A stretch of DNA of 62,989 nt, filler included, from Platydemus manokwari (Eukaryota), in the NCBI GenBank assembly GCA_037951405.1. It is 5 parts of 5 records of this genome, joined end to end, with 100 filler letters (N's around TTAATTAATTAA, not from the genome) between each part and the next. Parts side by side here need not be neighbours in the genome. Positions count along the whole stretch, not along the records: positions 24,768 to 37,595 come from JBBMOY011951382.1; positions 37,696 to 50,124 come from JBBMOY010140010.1; 3 more parts are not named here. One strand, written 5' to 3'. The first letter of the stretch is position 1; every line of letters starts with the position of its first letter. The translations under genes and the position numbers were made by a program. Positions 32,364 through 45,870 of the stretch are shown here, in pieces. The notes under the pieces were generated by a model. It had not been told where the DNA came from. It worked only from the letters and a program-made list of their open reading frames with translations, and made no database searches.

Positions 32364-32767
32364 TAGTATTAAGATTATATTAATACACTTCATTTGAAAT
32401 AAAACTAGACTGGAACAGGACTGATGTAGTAGACTGAATCCAATATTTAAGATAGCTTGAAAATAACAGCGTGTATTCCAAACACTATTTGCCGAGAAAA
32501 AGTGAGGCGGTTTTATTAAAAATTCTTATTACTTAAAAATACGAGATTATCAAAGAAATTTTGAATAATAAATTTTCTGTAATTAAAATCATAATTAGAG
32601 AAATATCAATTAAAATTCTAAGCGAAAACGCATCATTTAATATTTATTTTAATGAAATAAATAAATAAGATGAGAAACCAAATTGTGTTGAATTTTTTGA
32701 TTATACTTAAAATAGAAGTTGATTATAATAATATTATAAAATAATATATTTAATAATCTAAATTAAA

Positions 32768-33330
32768 ATGGTTATCATTGATTATGCCAAAGAATGGCTT
32801 ATATTCAACAAATTACAGGCAATAATACAAGTTCCTAATAGCAATTCCAAATAATCGACAATCACGGTCTACAAATTATCAAAAACTATTTATAAAAACT
32901 TATCAGATATCCTGTTAAAATTTACGTGTTTCATAAATAATTGGCCAACACTTGGAGCATGTAATTAAATATGAAAATATAAAAGAAAATCAAAAGATTA
33001 TAGAGCCATGAAAATAAGAAAAAAAACTATATAATATTAGACGGAAATGTTATGAGAGAAAGATAAAGGAAATAGATGATAGGTTTTATTTGATGGGTTA
33101 GCGTCAAGTCATTCCTTTCATAAATAAGTGAAATTTGAACGAATTTGTAAGGAGAACGAAAGAGAATCAGAAGTTTTATCGTTTCCATAAATAAAGGAAA
33201 AACTTATCTCGTTATTGTTAACATAAAAAATTTAATTTTCAATTTTGATCTCATAATTCTTTGAAAATATCGAGGATTACTGTTACAAACAAACACCATT
33301 CGTTGTGGGGTATATATTGATTTTTGTATT
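32768..33330 (+). pseudogene. NACHT/STAND NTPase-like remnant
   Basis: AIIQVPNSNSK*S, VLFDGL at 33083-33100 and RITVTNK occur in NACHT order and plausible spacing. Confidence 0.3.
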
Positions 33331-36300
33331 CTTTTTCAAGACGCCTTGTTTAAAATCAGAATAGAAAGACAAAGATTTTTAATTAAGGAAATATTCCAAA
33401 CACTGGAGAAACAAAACACAAGTACTTCCAAAGTAAAAGTCAAACGTATTTTTTTCATGAAAAACTTGGGATTCTTTCCAAGATATTTTTTATGCTGTTT
33501 TTTTCGGAATATTTTGTTTAAATGGTCAAAAATATGGAAATAATTTTTTCTACTTTAATTATTTATTTATAAATATAAACTCTGCTCCAGAAGTGAGATA
33601 AAAATTAAATTTTATTTTATTTATTTATATTTTTATAAAAATATATTACTAAGTTAGTGGATAATTTGAAGGCCATTAATTCCTATCGAAATTTTAAACA
33701 AGAAAAGTCAGTTTATAAACATGATTATTTAATAGCTTTGATCCTTTCGTACTTCAAGAATGGTCGATGAAATGTTTGTTGATAGTGTGTATTACTTCTT
33801 ATGAACTTATAAAATGAAAAACCAAGTAGAAAATAATCTTGATTTCTGTTAATATCGATTTAGCGGAAATGTTTCTTTTAATGAAACCATCAATGGATTT
33901 CAAGTGAGACCGCTATCATCATAATAAGATATTGCTAATCATGAAGAACTGATGGCTCAAATTAATTTATGACGTGTAATTATACAATTAATTATTCATG
34001 TTTATTGCTATTTTCATTTGTGATGACTTTACATAGAATTCCAACCATCAATCTATTTCAATCAATCCAATCCACCAGTAAACATTATGTTTATCAATAA
34101 TATTTAAATTTCATATCATCGTACCGTTTCGTTAGTTCAGTCACGTTGTGTTTTAGATTTACTACTTCCATGCTGTTTCTGTCATTATTTGTGATCAAAT
34201 CGACATTATTGGCTTTTGGTGTTGTCATGGTTACCAGAATTCATAGCTAATTACTTTTGTTTAGATAAAACTGCTTCCATTTATTGTATTATTATAATAA
34301 ATATTAGTAGTTATGATACTATTACTATTAATAATAATATTATTAAATATTATTATTAAATTATAACTGTTATTAACAACGTTATGATTAATAATAAAAA
34401 TTATTTAAATTATTATTAATATCATTAATATCGCTACAATAAAAATGATAGTTGATTGAAACCATGACAATACTGACAGGGGCACAAGCGATTAGTTGGA
34501 ACAATCATTTTCTACTCCATATTTTTGGATATAATTTTACATAGAATAATTTATAAAGCCAAATAAATGAGCTGATATTCTCATATAAGAAATTAAATTA
34601 GAATATTCATGAATTACCATGAGACTGATGGATAATTTTTTGTCTTGGAAGAGGATTTGATTCATGCCCTGTCAACCAAGTGTTAATAATTGGCTTATAG
34701 ATAAATTCGAATCCACGACCATTTTTTTGAACTGTATCTCTTATGGCTAAAGATTTATTATGAAGTATAATACTTTGAAACTAGGTCCAGGATTCAAACA
34801 ATCCAGATTGGATGCGTTGCTTGACCACAAGAAATGGAATGGACCAATCGAGAGCTTTGATAAGGCACTGAACCCAGATTGCCAGAACGCAAAAAGAGGA
34901 TTACAAATTAATATATTAATAAGTTTTTTTGTTTCTAATCAATTAGAGTCCAGGAGATTGCCAATGCTTTTGAGGAGTTCGAACTTTGAAGATCATCACC
35001 GCTTTCTGTTTTGTCGGAGGGCATCTTGTTTTGATTGGATTTTGATTCCATATCAGGATATCCCCCTCAATTATCGTAATAATTATTTTCAAATTTTATT
35101 ATAATATTATTATTATTATAAATTATATTGTGTTTAATATAATCATTAATATTAATAATACCGTTATTCTCGTACTAATATTATTTTATTTATTAACAAT
35201 ATTATTAATAATGTTAATATTATATCCACGAGTTCATTATTTGAATGACATTTTTATGACTTTTCATAAAACAACAAATCAATTTTCACCTCGCCTGCAA
35301 GTGACTTATCAATTTGTATTTTGCTTTATTTAATTTAATTTTCAATTACAAATCACATCAACATATTCTCACAAATTCAGATCATTTTAAAAACCGAAAC
35401 CGATATATCAGCAACATTTGTTTCAGTGAAACATTTTACTGGAATTTCAATTATTGATCATCAATTGTCGATATTTGGTTTCTGCATAAATATATATGGT
35501 TAGTTCGATTCTTTTCAATCAATGAAAAATTATGGCCACCTAATTGAGTTAAGCGTGTGTAACATGCAAGTGTGATTGCATGTGTGTGCGTGTGTGTGTG
35601 TAAATGTGTACGCTCGCTTGTGTGCTGTTTGCTAATTATTGCAGGTCAAATTTATTCCATTGATTTCGTAAATTATCTCAAGTCATCGTTTTAGAAAATC
35701 GAGTTTCAAAGGGATTGTTTACAATAATTAATTTCTTTACCATAGTTTAATCAGGTTTTCAAATCTCATTTTAACGCATCACCAATGCAATATGAATAAA
35801 TTAACAGAACAACGAATTTTCGATTAGCTGCGATTTTCCATTATATTTATATATTTGCTGCCCCGGTTTAATCTGGATGGCGATGATTTGACAATATTTG
35901 ATCGCTACTATATTGGTCCACTCAATCCTGTTGATCAGGCGAGAAACGTGATTTGACAACCCGATTTAATCTTACTCCAGAAATATGGAATTATATTCGT
36001 ATCTGTCGTCATTTTACATCTAATTTTAATCCAACTGTCAAGCGTCCATAATTAACTGAAATTCATTAAAAATTAGGACAACACACGCACACACATGTGC
36101 CGTGATTAGAGTTATTTATTTTCATTGTCTATTACAGACTAAAATCGATACCCTTTCGCTTGAATATTTGACCATGGCTGGTGGCTTAATGAGTCTCGGT
36201 ATTAAGGAATAAACTGTAGAAGTCTTTGTTAATGTTTTTTTTCTTTATTAGTGGGATTCTTATACTGAAATTTTCGTTCTTCATTTGCTAAATTTATTTA

Positions 36301-37520
36301 TCATTTACGTTTTCATCTTTCGTTTTTTCGGGTTAATTTTTACTTAAATTTGAAAATATTGACTTTCAATATTATCGATCATAAAAGATCGATGATTGGA
36401 TTTCCATGAAATATAAAAAACAATATCTAAATACTTCCTACATGAACCGGATAAAAACTGACGACCCTGTGACGTGGCCCGAAGTGGACGAAAGGGGATT
36501 TATATTCCTCGTTGACAGAAAAATTACATCATTACTGTATATCATGTGTTAGTTAAATAAGAGTTTGAAGAAAACCTCAGTGATGGTTTCAGTTTCCATG
36601 TAAATCCAAAAAATAACACTATAACTATAAATATCATCAACCCCCATTCTAATCATAAATTCCAGATCACATGACATTGCATACTTCACAATGAGAGTTT
36701 ATTTTAAGAATGCTTTTATTTATGATATCAAATATTTTCAAAATACGAAATTCAACTAAAATATATCGCATCTCTCTACTCTGATTTCAGAGTTGTCAGT
36801 GAATTTGTAGATATAAGATTGCATTCGATTTAAATTGAACTATTAAAATCAATGGAGATAATTATAAATTATTGTGGGTGCAAATTGGAACAGCCACTTG
36901 AATCGAGAGAAGTCATGAATCTTCTTTAGATTATCTACCGTGGCATTTCATTGGCATAATCTGAGAATTCATAGAGCTTTCAATAGATGGTGCTGACCAA
37001 AAAATTATATCAAATAAACTACTAATTAACAAACAAAAACATCACTTCATTAAAACAAATAAATGCAATTTTTATTTGAGATATCAATTAAGATTCTCGA
37101 TTGAAAAATGAATTGTTTTTTTATTACCAATTATTAACAATTATCGATTGATGTCATTAAAACAATTTGATCAAAGCCGATCTTATTATACAATTACAAA
37201 TGACCACAGCAAAACAACTTTCGAATTCTGGCAAACGGAATCCAGCACGAATCAAATGCTAAAGAGAATTTTGACATCATTTAGATGATTTAAACACATC
37301 GAAATTAATGTCAAGTGTAATTCACAATGCTGGATTTTACCATATTTATTTTCTCATTCACAAAACAGAGCAATTAATTTTTGTTTAAATCCACACGTAA
37401 TTCAATTGTTGAAAATATCGAAATTTGAAATTCAGAAATATTAAATCAGTTTTTATCATTTAGTTATCCAAATAATGTTCATTTCCTACACCGGTGTTTC
37501 TAATGAAAATGTATGGTGTT

Positions 37521-37522
<2 letters not shown>

Positions 37523-37595
<73 letters not shown>
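37523..37595. repeat. (AAT)n microsatellite at contig end
   Basis: Direct reading. Confidence 0.95.
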
Positions 37596-37784
37596 NNNNN
37601 NNNNNNNNNNNNNNNNNNNNNNNNNNNNNNNNNNNNNNNTTAATTAATTAANNNNNNNNNNNNNNNNNNNNNNNNNNNNNNNNNNNNNNNNNNNNTTCCA
37701 TAACCCGTGCCACTCGCCCAAAGACACGCACTTAAAATGTGTTATAATTCTACTGTTTTTCTGCTACTTATCATCATCAACACC

Positions 37785-37818
<34 letters not shown>

Positions 37819-38987
37819 ATTTTAAATTCGAAAGAAGAATATTATATAAACCTCTAGCTAAGAATATATTTGTTTAAATAATCTGTCTATTTGATCCCAA
37901 TAATTTAAATTATATATACCATTTACATGCCAGACAATAAATTGAAAATTATTTGTGTAAAAATATTAAGATTGAATTAAATTTTCGAAAAATTTAATTT
38001 TAAATAGAATTTAATCTTATATAAAATTATATTAACTTGTTTAAATAATCGTACTTAAATATATAATTAGGTATTGTGTCTTTTCAGTTCGTTTTTGATG
38101 CGTGTTTTATAAAATAGCAGCAGGTTACAGATTTTATTTTAATTGTACTAATATTTTTGATTGCGTTCAGGCTTAATGGATAATTTCAAATTAAATATTC
38201 TCAATGATCAATGAAGCCTACATCGATTTGGTAGTTGTGTTTATGTAAGAGATAATTTATCCGATTATAAATAATTGAAATACAATAATAATCTAATTTA
38301 ACTTGAACCTGACAAAATAATCAAAATATTTGCAGAAATCACTGAAAACATGTTTTGATAAAAAATTAAAATTCTTTCACTGCTATGTATTCCATAGTAT
38401 CTAATGCCTTTTGATGTGATGCCTCTCCTGTTAATTGAGATAAGATTTTACAATATTTTATGACATTTTGTTAATGTTGGCTTGACATTTTTCTTTAATA
38501 GATAATCATGTTTACAATGAAACAATTTTTCTCTTTTATCGGAATTTTGTTTATTGGGAAATATTAAAACTCTAAATTCGAAAGTATTTCAAAATTTTAT
38601 TCGAAATAAAATGTATTAATGTCAATCTATGTACCGAGAATTAAATTAATCGAATTCGAGAATAATAATTATAATTACTATTGGTATAATTTGGAACGTT
38701 ACGATGTTTTATTGAGTTTGAAGCATAACAGCGAGTCTATATTTCAATTAAATCAATATGATCTATGATGTCGTTAACATTCAGATGTCATGTTATTTGA
38801 TGATTCATATTTCGCTAATTTGTAAATATCGTGTGCAGCACTTAAGTTATCTGTAAGTTTCCTCAGAAATATTTGATAAAGTACATAAAAATATAAGATT
38901 ATCCAGATTTACTCCAAGTGATACATCGCTTCTTATTATTGTTAGAATTCCAAGTGCAGCTACACATTTTATTGATTGTGCCTCACG

Positions 38988-40038
38988 TGTCGAGAATTAT
39001 AGATTTGGTGAGATAGTTTTGCTTTTGTAGGTTATTAATGTTTATAAGTTAGGCTAAATTCAAATTATAAGTGTACAATTTGTAAAAATTTACTGATTAA
39101 TGTTTATATCAGAAGGATTTTAAGGTTGTATAATAATATTGTACTATAATCTTTAACTTATCTGGACTCCACAGATAAGGTTATTGCTGCTATTTATCAC
39201 TCGGTATAATTGATACGTTTTGAGGTCACTCTTTTTATTCATTATTATTATTCTTTGTTAGATCGAAATCTTCGTCTTATCAGTACTCTGAGTCCGTCTT
39301 GACCGTCAGGTAGTATTTTGACCTTATGAGTTTTGATGTTTATTCGCCTTGACGATAGCGACTTATATGGAGATAAGCGGATCCGCGTAGAAATCGATAT
39401 TATTATTCTACTCTTATCCCTTGCCTCTATTATCTTCTCCTCACTCTTATTAATTTATTTGACAAAAATTATTCCCAAAATCGGTGATGTATATATATTG
39501 TGAATTGATGATGTCCTATGCCAACTGGCAATCCAAAAATCAACTCGATATTTGGATTATGAACTTTTATTGTTATTACAATTAAACACCAATTACTACT
39601 TTTATACAATTATGGGACTATAAATTACTACTTTTATGGCAACTATATGCAATTATTAACAATGAATATAAATTACTACGATATACAATGTTTTTATACA
39701 ACTACTTTTAAACACTTTAATCCTGGAATTAAACTTGATGTGCAATTCAATGGAAGCAGATGTTGGACCAACAGTTACCCTTCGTGCTATTGGGTCAGTG
39801 TCCTTTTCTTCAGAGTTTTTACCGAGCTCGGCTCGATAAATAGTAAGAATATACGATATATATAGGGTAATATGTATTTTACAGGAATTATTCTTACGTG
39901 ATCTCAACCTTTGTTGGGCAGTATAATTATATACTCTTCCTGTATTGCTATAGGGCATAAACTGGATCGCACGGGTTCAGAGAAATTGGCTGGCTTCGGT
40001 GGCAAAATTACCTTCTTCGATTATCGTTTCACACAACA
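38988..40038 (+). mobile_element. LTR-like unit (~1.05 kb, probable solo LTR)
   Basis: TGTCGAGAATTATAG start and CAACA end; flanks CACG/CACT. The near-terminal block AAATT..CTGGCTTCG is shared with the reverse complement of 6920-6940. Confidence 0.5.
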
Positions 40039-41990
40039 CACTATTCTAGTGGTTTCAGGAAGTTAAAGGACAAAGGCTTATGATGTTGAAAGGCCTTACA
40101 TATGTTTCACGAAACAATGGGGATTTATTCGGATTGAATAAAATATTTGGGTCTGCTTTTCAATTTAATTGTGACAAGTTTTCACAATCCAATGGAATTA
40201 TTTCTCTAACTGGGTTGCCGTGCGGGTTTTATTGTTAGGCATTATATAAAAATGCGGGTGATTTTCGGGAAAAATAGGGGTTTAAAAATCGATATTAATT
40301 AGTCACCAAAAACTAAAATACAGTTTGGACTTTTTATGACATTATGTATTAATTTCATTAAGGATAACGATGTAAACTTTTACCATGCGTATTAATTTTC
40401 ATTTTACTCCTTTCATCTTGAATGATTTTTATTTATTTTTAAACTCTAACAATTCCTGGAAGGTATTATGAAGCAATTTTATTAAAATGGTATTTATAAA
40501 ATAATATATTGATTATTTATAATAATTACCTACCATAAATATTTAATGATGAAATCAATAATAACTGAAAAACCACATTAAAATATACAAATAATAATTG
40601 CATTCATGAGATAACAACCCATTATATATTATCGCGCATTAACACTGACAAATAAATTGTCACCTATTATCGCGCACAGTAAGTACAGGCAGTGAATTAA
40701 ATATTTAATCAATTAAATTTAATCAAAGAGAATTTCTATGAGAGCATGTCCTGGTCTATATAAGGCAGCAATCGCAATTATTGTATACACAATAGGACTC
40801 TTTTGTGACTAATAACAGCACGGAAGCAAATAATTTTGTGTCGGAGATCAGAATTTCATATATGCTCAGTATTTTACTAAGTATTTTATTCGAGTTTTAT
40901 TCAATCATCTTGAAGGGTAACTGGTTTTGGTCCAAGAGTGTGGAGTTTATCAACCATCTTTCTTAATCCAGAAATTATTAAGACCTGTTGTAAAGTCTGC
41001 TGAACTCTCCTTAAGCTGACAACGTTCTCCGCTCCACAACTTTCGACAAGAAAGCGATGGATTTCGCCTGCCAAAACGTTGCTTCATCTTAAAGTTGTGA
41101 CGAAGAAATTTATGTCGCACTGCTTCGTCTTTATCTTTCAGATCAAGTCATTTAACCAACTCTAATCGATTTATATAAACTTGAATCTTGCACTTGCCAG
41201 TATTGTTAATGATCTACGTTAGAAAATTTATCTAAGAAGGATCTACCTAGAAAATTTTAACTTTGACCTACAGATATTTTCTTGCTGATGAAAAGGAAAT
41301 ATTTCTTACCGGCCCCTATATATTGCAGCACTGAAATCAAATTGTCATTTTCATTTTTATTTTATCATTTAGTTGTCATTTTATTTTATAGTAACAAGCC
41401 TTAGTAATTAATTAAGTAGGATTCGCAGATCATAGTTCGTTATCATTGGTGTCACCATAATTAGGTATTAAAATAAGGTGCATAAAGTATAACATTGTTG
41501 CCACACTTAATGTCTTCAAAACAATAATATTCAACAGGTTCGTTACACTTGCGGACTTCATTAAGAACTCATTAAGGCTCATTAAGACAATAGTGATATC
41601 AAATAGAAATAAAATTAATAAAACAGCAAAATCAATAAGGCCCGAAAGTAACAGAATTGTAAGAAAGGAATAATAATGAAAAAAAAATCGACAAATTATT
41701 AAATAAACCCACAATTTCGTCAAAAAAATCAATATAAATCAAACTAAATTGATTATCACTGGATTAAATTCATTTTAATCAATGAATGAATGATTTTTAA
41801 ATTATCAATGGTTTTGTTCAAAATTATGGCAAATCATTTCAAGATGCTCTTGAAAAGAAGTGATTAAAAGCAATAATTTGCAATTGAAACGATTTGAGTT
41901 GTTTTTTCTTATTTTGGGTCTCGAGATAAAATGAGAAAATTATTATAAAAATAATGAAATCAATAATTTATCTAATATCTTTTAAATTAC

Positions 41991-43711
41991 CAGTTGACTT
42001 ATTATAGAAATGAACTCGATCAATGGCAATGAGTTGCTGATTTTTTTCAGTATCATTTATATTGAATGGACCGAGAGCGGCTACCCAATTGTCTTTGAAT
42101 ATCTTTCTAAATATAGAATATAGATTAAAATATCATTTATTTATTATTGGTTGATGAATGTATAGCTATTAAGGCTGAATTTAGCAAAAGAATTATCGCT
42201 AGCAATCTATTATCTTATCCATACACACCAAATCGATTTAATTTATAATCCAAGAGACTCATCATTCGATGTGTTCCATCTATCCAATGAAATCATTTCA
42301 GCTTAGAAAACCTTTAAACATTATATAAGCACTTCATGTGTTTTTAATCATCCAATAAATTCTTTTATCAATAGTTCAGAAAATGAAGTTAATCAAATTT
42401 TCGTAACAATTCGATTAGCAGTTACCCAATCCAGTCTTCATACTGTACAGGGACGAATTAGTACACACGAAAGTAAATTGCTCTCATCAAGTTGAAATGG
42501 GCAGAAATATACCGGCATCGACAAAATATTTAATATCACCAATAAGTATATCATTTATTTATTTATTTGAAAAACGTAGCACACCGTAGTCACTATAATC
42601 CTCATCTGGTACATATTAATTTTCTACATCAATATTGATGATTACTTTTTTGCCTTTAATTTTCTTGCCACAATTCAATTGAATGGGCTTATTGATTCAG
42701 TATCGACTAGTTTTTAATTCACTATCGAATTGAATTTGACATTCACATCAAATATCAATTAGATTTCATAAAGGTGCATATTTCATTTCTTTAATATTTT
42801 TTTTTCGACAGTCATTCAAGACTTGAATGACATCCAACATTACCGTTGTTATGACTAGATGATATTTAAGATGTGTTTTTGAACGATTTATAATATGATA
42901 TACAATAATTACGATAATTCGATCGACCGAATACTAATCGGTGTAAATATATCAATAAATATTATTAAGTCATGTAGTGAGATAAAATTATTATCGCCAT
43001 ACACAAGGAATGTTATGATAACAGTGATACTGTGATTTATTAACCTTTACAACTCCTTCTTGATTAAAATTAAATAATCATCCTCAAAAATATTTAGATT
43101 ATATAAATACATATAAATCGTAACAGCCTCATGCAATCCAGAGAAAGAAATTGATTGAAGTCAGACAAAAGGTTAATCGAAAATATTCTTTAAATCTGAC
43201 TTTACTGGAGATTTAAATTTGAAATAAATTATCATTATTTTATTTCTTCTTTCATTAAATAATAAATTAATAAAAAATATATTGAGATATATTAAATTGA
43301 TTTCGATTGGTGGAAAGTAAAATATTATTTAATTATTCTAAATCAAGATTTATTCAATGATTGATCATCTATGAATGGAATTTTATTACTCTTTATTTGT
43401 CGGGAAATATTCTAACTTCAATGAATTGATTTATATACTATAACAAGTCTCCCAGTCTTACCCATCGTATTCCAGACAATGTTTAGCAGAAATAATCCAA
43501 TCTTTCGAAATAAGACTAGCACCACAAATATGACTATCGTTACCGACTGTGCTCCAATTCATATATCCGGGTTGATATTCTTCCAAATAAAGTCGCAAAG
43601 GATAATTTTTTATCGATACCAACCATGTCCAATTTGCTGCATCATTGTACGATCCATTGACAACTCGTTTTATTCTCAATAAAGGATGAATTTTTCCAAA
43701 ATCAGCAACAT
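41991..43711 (-). CDS. Trypsin-family (S1A) serine protease, two internal exons
   Basis: Exon 43711-43462 encodes RIKR-VVNG..W.WLVSI...HICGASLISKDWIISAKHC (activation site and catalytic His). It splices in phase (GG|GT...AG|A) to exon 42106-41991, KIFKDNWVAALGPFNINDTEKNQQLIAIDRVHFYN, the segment that normally follows the His motif. The first exon and the Asp/Ser exons were not identified. Confidence 0.85.
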
Positions 43712-44752
43712 CTACAAGATAAAAGGTGAAGCTCATTGATTAAAACGGTATGTATTATTCATCAGAAATGCATATAGATGAACGTGATTCAATATTGCCT
43801 ACTATCATGTGGCTTATTTTCGAATTCATACATAAAATTTTGAAGTCATCTTTAATAATTGTAATAATAATAAAAATTCTTTAACCAACTGAGAAATATA
43901 ATCAGAAAAGAAAGAATATAATGAGAAAAATGCTGGAAACCCAATCACGAACATAACAAAATTACAATCCACTTGAGAGCATCCTTATCAATCGAAGACT
44001 AAAACGAATCTATTGGGGGAAACTAATCAATTATGATTTAAATTATTTAACGATAATCGATATTGACATTGATTTATCGATCACATTGATTGAAAACAAT
44101 AATAACAAAACATAAAATAAATATTTAAAAACTGGTTCATATCGATTATTTACAGAACAGCTACAAACCCTCGTTGGTAATAAAATCAGATCGATGGAAA
44201 ATAAATACAAAAATCCATTTGGATTTAAAAAATCAATATAAAACTTATCCAAACTTTTACTTACTTTCATCAAGGAAAACCAGTAAAATCAACACCCAAT
44301 ATGATTTCCCTAACGATAAAATCATTATAATGAAAATGAAATTTTTATTTATGCAGTGGCTCTTTATCGAAACGGAAACAGTAGTGAAGTATTTATTTTA
44401 AAACTTGTTAATTTCGTCAGATTTTACCTGTCAAATTTCGGTTGTATATTGGATTATTATTGCCGCGCTATGTAAACATATCCACTTATTTGTTTATTTT
44501 ATTTATGATTTGGTAATTGCGATCAGTTGTTTGCTTGATAAATATTTTACAAACATCTCTTTGCTAACATAGCAAAATATTTTGATAAATATTTTCAATA
44601 AATTGATTCGATATTAATCGATATTTTTGTTATGATTTTTAACAAATTAATTGAAAATTAATTTTATTAATTTGTTTAAATTGATTAAAATTTATTATGT
44701 TTAATGATGCAATATCGAAATGGATTATTTTGGCTTAATCGATAAAATAGCA

Positions 44753-45350
44753 GATTAAGTTAAAAAGGGGTCCTTTGACCTACTTTCGTAATAATGAATT
44801 TTCGCGCTTGAGGTAATTTCGTAACTAAATTTAAAATATAATTGTGATTTTGAATTATCAGTGTAATCCAGTTGATATCTCACTTTTAAGATGTCTAATA
44901 GGGACAAGACATAGTTTTAAATCCAAGTTCCCATTCTAATCTGTATGATTATTTGAGTTTTAAATTTGAATTAGTTAGTTAATTACATATATGTTTAAAA
45001 ATATTATTGGTTATTTTTATAAAATAATTGTAAAAATTGCGAATATCTCTCAATGTGCTTCTAATGCTTCTAAGCAAAGGGTCCTTGCTAATTTTTAATA
45101 AATTGAAATTCGACCTACTTTTTTCATTTTTTAAATATAAAAATTTTAGGACATTTTGAAGCTCTAATGTATTTAATATTTGATTTCAAACAACTTAAAT
45201 TCTTCATAAGTACTTAAATAAAAAATTCAAAATGTTTTTAAAGAATTTAATTAAATAAGCTATATAGATTTTTGCAATACATTCAACAAATTAAAATTTC
45301 CATGTTAATACTTTTTAACTTTAGCCATGATCCGTTTTCTTAACTTAAGC
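44753..45350. mobile_element. ~600 bp non-autonomous TIR element (MITE), copy 2
   Basis: GATTAAGTTAAAAAGGGGTCC ... GATCCGTTTTCTTAACTTAAGC inverted termini; no ORF; second copy at 26542-27138. Confidence 0.82.
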
Positions 45351-45399
45351 TTAAATAAGTGTTTTATTTTAAAATTGTAGTCTAAAGCACAGAAGTTCC

Positions 45400-45870
45400 A
45401 CCAAAATAAAATATTAAATTTATCTTGGTTAGCTTTCCAAAGAACCATATAGTTTGCTTAACTATATTTGTTAGAGACATTTTGAATTATCTTTCACAGT
45501 ATTTCAGAATAATAAATTAAATATTAAGTAGCTACAAAATCTCTCAGAAAATAAAAAATAGGCAAAAGTATGTTAAAAGGCAAATTAGTAGAAATCTTTA
45601 GAACAGAGAAAAGTAAATTTTAAAAGGTATAATATAAGATCAAGTAACATTAAATTATTAATCATGTCAGAATATACAAAATTAAACTCCCATTATATAT
45701 GTATATACTCTTTTTCAGCATCCAAAGGTCCTCCTCGAGAAACCATTTCAAAGAGAAAAAATATAGTAAAATTTGATGAGTATAAAAAAGTGGCAAATAG
45801 TATCATTTTTATGTCTACGAAATGGCTACGATTTTTTTTGACACCAATAAAAGAATATATGATTTGAGAA
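45400..45870 (+). pseudogene. Probable protein-primed DNA polymerase B C-terminal remnant
   Basis: Fragments IYLG*LSK, IMSEYTKL...YSF and KG...IVKFDEYKK occur in the order expected for Polinton pPolB; heavily decayed. Confidence 0.45.

Noticed and set aside
42420-42660. YVPDEDYSDYGVLRF as the protease catalytic-Asp exon
   Set aside because: It lies inside the intron between two correctly spliced exons (wrong order) and has flanking in-frame stops.
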